From a bacterium (GTDB lineage: Bacteria; Desulfobacterota; DSWW01), in the NCBI GenBank assembly GCA_040756235.1, contig JBFLZG010000034.1:1-10345 (forward strand): a stretch of DNA of 10,345 nucleotides, read 5' to 3'. The notes beneath the pieces are model-generated. The model had not been told where the DNA came from, ran no database searches, and saw only the letters and a list, made by a program, of their open reading frames with translations. Numbering within the stretch: the stretch's first letter is position 1; every line of letters starts with the position of its first letter. The position numbers were made by a program, and so were the translations under genes. This document shows, piece after piece, positions 1-6,131 of the stretch.

Positions 1-125
1 GCTGTTCAAAAATGCCCAGATGCAAGGCGCACGAAGTCCTGAGGAACGAGGCGTACATGGAAGTACGCCGCAGTGACGAAGGACGAGTGCAACGCCGCAG
101 ATGGGCGTTTTGGGACAGCCTCTAG
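1..125. mobile_element. MITE-like palindromic element, copy 1 (left end cut by window edge)
   Basis: Near-identical to 1541-1703. Imperfect terminal inverted repeats GCTGTTCAAAAATGCCCA ... TGGGCGTTTTGGGACAGCCTC, ending in CTAG. Internal hairpin GGCGTAC-atggaa-GTACGCC (50-69). No transposase gene in the window. Confidence 0.7.
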
Positions 126-240
126 ATTAAGGATACAGAGGCAAGCGACCCGCGCAGGCACAAAGACGCGGCCGCTGCAAGCACCCCCTCGGGGGCAGGC
201 TCGTGTCGCTCATCTCGCTCGTGCCGGAAAGGAGGGCCCG

Positions 241-714
241 ATGGATTTTTCAGATTTCGCCTGGTTGATCGCGGTCCTGACCACGGGAACTGCCGCGGGG
301 GCCATGACGGGGCACACCCTGCTGCTCGGCCGCTTCTTCAACTGGATCTTCGAATCCGACCGGACCGAAGTCTTTCGGCAGAACTATCCGGCCTTCATGG
401 AAGCGCGCAAGCCGCAACGCTTCTTCGACCATCTCTTCACGGCGGCGCTGGTCGCGACCACCGCCTATGCCGTGCTTCTTTTCTTGACGGATCGGATCGG
501 CACCATGGCCCTGATCGCGGCGGGCCTCCAATGGCTGTTCGCCGCGGTCTTCTTCGGCACCGGCTTTGCGGGCCTGGAGCAGGATCTCTTCATCCGCGGC
601 GCGGTCTCGCCGGAGAAGATCAGGCGATTCCTTTCTCTCAACACTCCGTTGATCGCTCTGTCCTCGCTCCTGCTGCTGGTTTCTTTCGCGTGTCTCCTTC
701 TCATGAAGGCATGA
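241..714 (+). CDS. Hypothetical integral membrane protein, about 4 TM helices, 157 aa
   Basis: ATG241 follows a strong SD (AAAGGAGG, 228-235). Four hydrophobic segments: AWLIAVLTTGTAAGAM, LFTAALVATTAYAVLLFL, MALIAAGLQWLFAAVFFG, LIALSSLLLLVSFACLLLM. The ORF-track extension to 73 runs through the repeat and is rejected. Confidence 0.8.
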   Translation: MDFSDFAWLIAVLTTGTAAGAMTGHTLLLGRFFNWIFESDRTEVFRQNYPAFMEARKPQRFFDHLFTAALVATTAYAVLLFLTDRIGTMALIAAGLQWLFAAVFFGTGFAGLEQDLFIRGAVSPEKIRRFLSLNTPLIALSSLLLLVSFACLLLMKA

Positions 715-744
715 TCCCGGCAGGGTCCGGGCACGCGGGATCAT
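711..744. terminator. Inverted repeat between convergent genes, possible bidirectional terminator or processing stem
   Basis: ATGATCCCG (711-719) and CGGGATCAT (736-744) form a perfect 9-bp inverted repeat containing both stop codons. No U-tract, so not a classical intrinsic terminator. Confidence 0.35.
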
Positions 745-1238
745 CCGGCCGGACCCACCTCCTCGAAGATGCCCGTCCGGCGGTTCTTGCGGACGTTCTC
801 CGAGTTGAAGCAGCGGCCGTTCATCGCAATGTACACGCCGGCGGGAAGGGTCTGGGCGAACGCCAGGGCCGCCCCCAGGTTGAACAGGCCGTCAGAGCTT
901 CCGAACTCGTAGGGGATCATGGCTCCAGTCAGGACGATCGTCTTGTCCCTGACCGACCTGCCGAGGACCTGCGCGGTCTTTTCCATGGTGTCCGTGCCGT
1001 GCGTGATCAGGATGCGGGCCTCGGCGCAGGACCGGCAATTCTGCACGAGCGTTTCCCGGTCGGCCTCGGTCATTTCGAGGCTGTCGATCATCATCAGAAC
1101 GGACAGCTCGACGTCGGCCCGGCTCCTTCCGAGCCGCAGCATTTCCGGGACATGGGTCTCGCTGAAGTGCAGTCTCCCGTCCAGCTCGTCGTAGACCTTG
1201 TCAAAAGTACCCCCTGTCACGAAGATGCGGATGGCCAT
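741..1238 (-). CDS. Short asparaginase-domain protein (N-terminal asparaginase/glutaminase domain only), 165 aa
   Basis: Signature motifs VTGGTFDK, ITHGTDTM, VLTGAMIP, FNLGAA and GVYIAMNG. SD AGAGGAG on the minus strand at 1248-1254. No signal peptide. Confidence 0.9.
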   Translation of the reverse strand: MAIRIFVTGGTFDKVYDELDGRLHFSETHVPEMLRLGRSRADVELSVLMMIDSLEMTEADRETLVQNCRSCAEARILITHGTDTMEKTAQVLGRSVRDKTIVLTGAMIPYEFGSSDGLFNLGAALAFAQTLPAGVYIAMNGRCFNSENVRKNRRTGIFEEVGPAG

Positions 1239-1332
1239 GGAGGTGTGCTCCTCTTGCCGCTGGTCCGAGGAAAGCGGGAATCTCCCTCTGCCCCGTCCCG
1301 GCTCGCGGCCGCCCGGCGGCCGGCTCTTCCCC

Positions 1333-1382
1333 CGTCACCCCGGCGATCCCCGGATCAGGTCCGGGGCAGGGGCCGGGGTCCA
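1333..1382 (+). repeat. CGTC-type REP palindrome with a nested hairpin insert
   Basis: CGTC-ACCCCGGC (1337-1344) ... GCCGGGGT (1372-1379)-CCA. The loop carries CCCCGGA-tcagg-TCCGGGG-CAGG (1348-1370). Confidence 0.7.
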
Positions 1383-1409
1383 ATCTCTGCTACGCTCGAT
1401 GCACACTTG

Positions 1410-1453
1410 TAGATCCCGGCTCTCACCCGCTCCGCACATGGGCCGGGATGACG
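1410..1453 (-). repeat. CGTC-type REP palindrome, inverted partner of 1333-1382
   Basis: Minus strand reads CGTC-ATCCCGGC ... GCCGGGAT-CTA. Stem arms are 1413-1420 and 1442-1449, with an enlarged 21-nt loop. Confidence 0.7.
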
Positions 1454-1466
1454 AGCCTCATCTTTT

Positions 1467-1494
1467 CGTCATTCCGGCGCGAGCCGGAATCCAG
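1467..1494 (+). repeat. CGTC-type REP palindrome, compact form
   Basis: CGTC-ATTCCGGC-GCGA-GCCGGAAT-CCAG: 8-bp stem with a GNRA tetraloop, matching the CGTC-tagged REP pattern. Confidence 0.8.
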
Positions 1495-1534
1495 CCCCTG
1501 GACCCCGTCATTGCGGCTGCCCTTGCTGCAGCCT

Positions 1535-1703
1535 CCAGAGCCTGTTCAAAAATGCCCAGATGCAAGGCGCGCGAAATCCCGAGGAATGGGCGTACATTTC
1601 AGTACGCCGTAGTGACCCCGGCCTTCGCCGGGGCAGGCTCCCCCGCCTCCATGCCGCGCCATGAGCGCAACGCAGCAGATGAGCGTTTTGGGACAGGCTC
1701 TAG
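1535..1703. mobile_element. MITE-like palindromic element, copy 2 (complete, with internal insertion)
   Basis: CCAGAGCCTGTTCAAAAATGCCCA ... TGAGCGTTTTGGGACAGGCTCTAG. Internal GGCGTAC-atttca-GTACGCC (1589-1608). The 44 nt at 1617-1660 replace 5 nt of copy 1. Confidence 0.75.
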
Positions 1704-1987
1704 GATAGTCAGCAGGGCGAAAGGGAGTCAACGCGCCTTCGTCCAGGTTCCGGCCGAATGCGCGCTCGCGGGAAACCGCAGACAGCCGCGGCGGTCCGCA
1801 GCCCTCGGCCGGAAGACCTCGCGGCCGGCAGGGCTTGCAGGCAGGCGCGCGCACATCCGCGGCCGCTCGCCACTCTGCCCGCTTCCTCTCTTCCGCCCGT
1901 GTTTTCGGGACCTTGCCGGGGCCGGACCGGACCTGGGGCAGAGCGCGGGCAGGCCCGCTCGCCGAGGCCCGGCGGCCGGGCGAACGA

Positions 1988-2003
1988 TGGCACGTGAATT
2001 GCG
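1988..2003 (+). promoter_or_regulatory. Sigma54 (RpoN) -24/-12 promoter of the cytochrome operon
   Basis: TGGCACGTGAATTGCG matches the TGGCACG-N4-TTGC consensus exactly (GG-N10-GC). It is intergenic, correctly oriented and about 70 nt upstream of ATG2076. Confidence 0.85.
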
Positions 2004-2075
2004 AATCCCTGCGGGCTCGGAGCATACACGCATCGAACTCGTACACAGGACTGTGATTCCCTGAAACGCCTACGC

Positions 2076-3044
2076 ATGGCTCGCGCCGCTTGCGGCCTCT
2101 TCTTACCTTTGTTTCTGGGGTCTGCCCTCTTCTTCGGCCCGGCCGCGGCCGGGCAGGATGTCGGCTCCGGCAAGGGCTCGGGGGGCGCCCCTGTCGTGCG
2201 CGCGGAAGAGATCTTTGTCCTCACCGGCTCTCCGGGCGCGCCTTTCCGGCAGCCGACCGACGTCGCCGTGGACCGCGGTCTCCGGCTCCACGTCCTCGAC
2301 GGGCTGAACGGGCGGGTCGTGGTGTTCGACCGCGACGGCAGGTACATCAGAAGCTTCGGCTCGGTCGGGAGCGGCCCCGCCGAGCTGCTCATGCCCGTGG
2401 GGATCGGCATTTCCCCGTCCGGGGAGGTCTACGTCGCGGACAGCGGCAACCACCGCCTCCAGGTCTTCGGCCCTGACGGAAGATGGCTCCGCTCTCTTGC
2501 CCTTGCGACCGGCGGCAAGGCCGACCCCACGGACGTTCTCGTCTCCCCGGCCGGGGACCTGTGCTACGTGTGCGACAACGACAATCACCAGATCCAGGTC
2601 TACGACACCGCCACCGGGGCATTGCGGCGGCGCTGGGGGGGATACGGCAAGAACCTGGGCGAGTTCCGCTACCCTGCCACCCTGGCGGGCGACGATCGAG
2701 ATCAGATCTACGTGGTCGATGTGCTGAACGCACGCGTGCAGACTTTCGACCAGCAGGGCCGCAGGGGCCGGGAAATCGCGGTCTGGGGAGTGGGTCTGGA
2801 ACGGGTCTTCAGGCCCAAGGGGGTGGCGCTCGACCGCAAACGCAGGGCCTTCGTTTCGGACAGCTACGAGGGCCTCATCAAGGTCTTCGAGAACAGCGGA
2901 CCGCTCGCAGGCGTCGTGGGGGACGGCAACGGCGACGCGCGCAAGTTCGCTGCCCCCACGAACCTCGTGATCGACGCCGCGGAAAGGCTCGCCGTGGTCG
3001 AGACCCGGGCGAGCCGGGTCTCGGTGTGGCGGGTGATCCCGTGA
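2076..3044 (+). CDS. Exported NHL-repeat (6-bladed beta-propeller) protein, 322 aa
   Basis: Signal peptide (LFLPLFLGSALFFGPAAA). NHL repeats FRQPTDVAVD..VLDGLNGRVVVF, MPVGIGISPSGEVYVADSGNHRLQVF, FRYPATLA..YVVDVLNARVQTF, FRPKGVALD and FAAPTNLVID. The SD is weak, so the start is slightly uncertain. Confidence 0.9.
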   Translation: MARAACGLFLPLFLGSALFFGPAAAGQDVGSGKGSGGAPVVRAEEIFVLTGSPGAPFRQPTDVAVDRGLRLHVLDGLNGRVVVFDRDGRYIRSFGSVGSGPAELLMPVGIGISPSGEVYVADSGNHRLQVFGPDGRWLRSLALATGGKADPTDVLVSPAGDLCYVCDNDNHQIQVYDTATGALRRRWGGYGKNLGEFRYPATLAGDDRDQIYVVDVLNARVQTFDQQGRRGREIAVWGVGLERVFRPKGVALDRKRRAFVSDSYEGLIKVFENSGPLAGVVGDGNGDARKFAAPTNLVIDAAERLAVVETRASRVSVWRVIP

Positions 3045-4987
3045 TGGCTGCGATGTGTCTTCAGGCCTCGCGCCAGGGGCGCGGGAAGACCCGCTTCAGC
3101 CGATCCTTCCCCCGGGAGAGCTTGCGGCCGCTGCGCCCGCTTTGCGTGCTTCTGCTCAGTCTGCTGCTGCAGTCGCTCACGACTCTGCCGGCCGACGCCG
3201 ATGACGCCGAGGGCTGTCTCTTCTGCCACCGGTACCGGGGTCTCAGCACCTACGAAGCCCGCTCCGGCCGGCTGCGCCTGTTCTTCGTTCAGCCCGAGTA
3301 CGTGAGCCAGCGGCTCGGGCCGCATGCGCTCCTCGCCTGCACGGACTGCCATCCCCGCTCCGAAGTGGACGTGGTGCCCCATGAGCCCGTCACCAAGGTG
3401 AGCTGCAGCCTGAGCTGCCACCTGGGCAACCCCGGCGGGCAGCAGCAGCTCTTCAGCCACGCCAACGTGGCCGAGATGCTCGGCCGGAGCGTGCACTCGC
3501 AGCAGGTCCTGTCCGCGATGGAGGTCGCGGGCGGCCGGCTGCTCCAGGAGGGGCAATCCGAGTGCCTCTACTGCCACGACGAGCCGATCTTCAGGGACCC
3601 GACGGGCGCGATTCCGGCCCTCGAGGCCCTCGGCAGCCGCACCTTCGATCGCTGCGACGTCTGCCATCTCCAGCAGATCCCCGCAGACATCGCCTACTAC
3701 CTCCGGCACATCGCCGCCCGCCTGCAGGCCGCCCGGCCTTCCCTGGAGCTGGCCCAGGTCTGCTCCGTATGTCACAGCGATCCGGTGGTCATGGCCAAGC
3801 ACGAGATGCATGACGCGGTCGCCAGCTACCTGAGCAGTTATCACGGAAAGGCCGCGCTGCTCGGCGACGGCCGCACCGCAGACTGTCTTTCCTGCCACAT
3901 CGCGGCAGGCGCCAACGCGCACCTGATGCTGCGAAAAGACGAACCTGCCTCTTCCGCACAGCCGGGCCGGGTGGCCGACGCCTGCCGCAATGCTGCCTGC
4001 CATCCCGGCGCGGACATCCAGATCGGCGCTGCCGGCGTTCACCTCGATCTGCCCTCCACGCGCGGCACGATCGAGTTCTGGGTGGCCATGGCCTTCATCG
4101 GGCTCACCCTGGCCACCTTCGGTCCGTCCATGGTGCTGTGCGTGCTCGAGCTGTTCTCCCAGGTCATCGGCAGGCACGCTCACGACGGCCACATGGAGCG
4201 CCTCACCCGGGAAGTCCTCGCCCGTCCCGAGGGCCGGCGGCGCCTGGTGCGATTCACCCCCGCGCAGCGCATCCAGCATTGGGTCCTCGTCATCCTGTTT
4301 GTCTTGCTGGCGGTGACCGGCTTCCCGCTGAAATTCGCCGATCGGGACTGGGCCCAGTCCCTGATCGGCTGGTTCGAAGGGCTGGAAACGGCGCGTCGAA
4401 TCCACCACTGGGCCGGCCTGGTCCTGGTCGCCTGCCTGGTCATGCACCTGGCGTACGTCCTGATCACGCTGCGGCAGAGGAGAGCCCGGGCCCGGGCAGC
4501 CGGGGAGAATGCAGGCCTGGCCGCCTCCGTGAGATCGTTGCCCATGTGGGTCAACCCGCGCGACGGCCGGGACATGTCCCGGCTCCTGGCCCACCTGCTG
4601 CGGCTCCGGCGCGAGCGCCCTGCTTTCGACCGCTTCAGCGTGAAGGAAAAATTCGAATACATCGGGGTGTTCTGGGGCACGGTGGTACTGGGCCTTACGG
4701 GCGCCCTCCTGTGGGGAGAGCAGATCAGCTCCCACTTCCTGTCGGGACGGGTCCTGAACATTGCCCTGATCGCCCACACGTACGAGGCCTTTCTCGCGGT
4801 GATCCACGTCGGCATCCTCCATATCGTCAACGTGATGCTCGCCCCTTCCGTGTTCCCTCTCTCGCCGGCCACCTTGACGGGCCAGACTCCGGTCCGCGAG
4901 CTGGCCGAAGGACACGCTGCCCAGGTGCTGCGCGTGGCCCGGGAGCTGGGCATCTCGACCGGAGACGAGTCGACCCATGGAATGTAG
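3044..4987 (+). CDS. Multiheme cytochrome c (8 motifs) fused to an FdnI/HyaC-like cytochrome b domain; putative inner-membrane quinol oxidoreductase (CbcL/CbcBA-like), about 647 aa
   Basis: The start (GTG3041 or ATG3044) overlaps the upstream TGA. Signal peptide ends at about LPADA. Motifs: CLFCH, CTDCH, CSLSCH, CLYCH, CDVCH, CSVCH, CLSCH, CRNAACH. A TM anchor precedes the cytochrome b domain from about 4250: RFTPAQRIQHW..TGFPLKF, RRIHHWAG..MHL, PAFDRFSVKEKFEYIGVFWG, AHTYEAFLA..LHI. Confidence 0.9.
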   Translation: MAAMCLQASRQGRGKTRFSRSFPRESLRPLRPLCVLLLSLLLQSLTTLPADADDAEGCLFCHRYRGLSTYEARSGRLRLFFVQPEYVSQRLGPHALLACTDCHPRSEVDVVPHEPVTKVSCSLSCHLGNPGGQQQLFSHANVAEMLGRSVHSQQVLSAMEVAGGRLLQEGQSECLYCHDEPIFRDPTGAIPALEALGSRTFDRCDVCHLQQIPADIAYYLRHIAARLQAARPSLELAQVCSVCHSDPVVMAKHEMHDAVASYLSSYHGKAALLGDGRTADCLSCHIAAGANAHLMLRKDEPASSAQPGRVADACRNAACHPGADIQIGAAGVHLDLPSTRGTIEFWVAMAFIGLTLATFGPSMVLCVLELFSQVIGRHAHDGHMERLTREVLARPEGRRRLVRFTPAQRIQHWVLVILFVLLAVTGFPLKFADRDWAQSLIGWFEGLETARRIHHWAGLVLVACLVMHLAYVLITLRQRRARARAAGENAGLAASVRSLPMWVNPRDGRDMSRLLAHLLRLRRERPAFDRFSVKEKFEYIGVFWGTVVLGLTGALLWGEQISSHFLSGRVLNIALIAHTYEAFLAVIHVGILHIVNVMLAPSVFPLSPATLTGQTPVRELAEGHAAQVLRVARELGISTGDESTHGM

Positions 4988-6131
4988 GTTGAAAGACAGT
5001 GAGCCCGAGGCTCCGGGCGCCCGTGAGCCGCGGGGCCGGGGCGGTTCCCCGAGCCGGGTCGTCCTGAGGCTCGTCTGTCTCGCGTCGACCGTCGTGAAAA
5101 AGGCGTATGCCCTCGGGCTGATCGCTCTGGTCCTCTGGCTGAGCCTGAAGGCATTCTCCTACCTGGTCTCGGCCCTCCTCCTTCCGGCGCGGCCGCCCCC
5201 GCAGATCGCGGACGTCCCCCGGCGCATGGACGAGACGGTGCTCGAGCGCGCCGCCGCGGCTTTCGCGGGCGTGCAGGCCACGGAGAACCCGCGCAGCCCG
5301 CTTTCTCACTATCACCGGTTCGAGCCCTGGTTCATCCCGGACCAAGTCAACGGCTGCACCCGGCAGGGGTGCCACGTGCCTCTGCCGCACGGCCGCAACA
5401 AGGCAGACCGTGCCTTCCTGAACCTGCACGTCACCAGCCTCCACTGCGGGGTCTGCCACACCCGGGTGGAAGAGACTCCGCTGCCCCTGGCCTGGTACGA
5501 CTTGAAGACCGGAGAGAATCGGCCGGCGCCTGCCTCGCTCAGGGCCTATCAGTGGCTCATGCAGCCGCGGGTGCAATCGGCTCCGTCCTTCTCGGCCGCG
5601 GACCAGCAGGAGATCGTCGGTCTGCTCGAGTCGACCGCCCGGGAAGCCGAAGGAGAGCCGGCCCTGTCGAACCTCGCCGAGCACCTCGCCGCCGTGCGCG
5701 CGCAGAGCGCCGATTTTCGCAGGCTCGTCGCCCTGGCCCGCGAGACCCTGCCGCGCCACTTCCGGGGCGAGTACGGCGCCAAGCTGGCCCTGGTCGACTC
5801 CCGCACTCGGGAGCCACGCCTGGGGCGGACCGGGGACGAGGACGCGATCGCAAGGTTCCTCGCCGGCCGCGGCCGTCTCGGCGAGGAGGAAGAGGCTTCC
5901 CTGCTGAAGCACATTCACCCTGACCGCAGGGACCCGACCCTGCACTGCACGCAGTGCCACCGATCGGAAGGGAGTCTCGTGGACCTGACAACGGTCGGCT
6001 ACCCCCCGGCGCGAATCGCGGCCATCATCCAGCCGCTGGTCATGCAGACGATCGAGCACATCGCGGAAGGAAGACCCTTTCACATACCGAGCCTCTTCGG
6101 CATGCCCGGCAGAGGGGGCCCGTTCGAATGA
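4977..6131 (+). CDS. Membrane-anchored cytochrome c with 3 heme motifs, 384 aa
   Basis: Overlaps the upstream gene by 11 nt, with GGAG at 4961-4964. N-terminal TM AYALGLIALVLWLSLKAFSYLVSALLL. Motifs CTRQGCH (5355-5375), CGVCH (5445-5459) and CTQCH (5946-5960). Confidence 0.85.
   Translation: MECRLKDSEPEAPGAREPRGRGGSPSRVVLRLVCLASTVVKKAYALGLIALVLWLSLKAFSYLVSALLLPARPPPQIADVPRRMDETVLERAAAAFAGVQATENPRSPLSHYHRFEPWFIPDQVNGCTRQGCHVPLPHGRNKADRAFLNLHVTSLHCGVCHTRVEETPLPLAWYDLKTGENRPAPASLRAYQWLMQPRVQSAPSFSAADQQEIVGLLESTAREAEGEPALSNLAEHLAAVRAQSADFRRLVALARETLPRHFRGEYGAKLALVDSRTREPRLGRTGDEDAIARFLAGRGRLGEEEEASLLKHIHPDRRDPTLHCTQCHRSEGSLVDLTTVGYPPARIAAIIQPLVMQTIEHIAEGRPFHIPSLFGMPGRGGPFE

Noticed and set aside
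73..240. N-terminal extension of the first ORF from 73
   Set aside because: It runs through the MITE-like repeat, and a strong SD supports ATG241.
126..240. Known riboswitch (e.g. c-di-GMP-I/GEMM)
   Set aside because: I could not find the diagnostic conserved motifs; only generic pairing is visible.
1333..1703. CRISPR array
   Set aside because: The repeats are non-identical, mixed in orientation and irregularly spaced, and there are no cas genes.
1198..2064. 288-aa plus-strand ORF and overlapping minus-strand ORFs in the intergenic region
   Set aside because: They translate REP, MITE and promoter DNA, have no recognisable domain and show no transposase motifs.
2561..2580. CYVCD in the NHL protein as a heme site
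   Set aside because: There is no His after CXXC, and it occupies the YVxD beta-strand of an NHL repeat.
2483..3040. Upstream extension of the 834-aa ORF
   Set aside because: It overlaps the NHL gene in another frame and is Arg/Gly-rich noise. The signal peptide and start/stop overlap point to 3041 or 3044.
5954..6127. Upstream extension of the 871-aa ORF
   Set aside because: It overlaps the preceding gene. The ATGA overlap at 6128 precedes a clear signal peptide.
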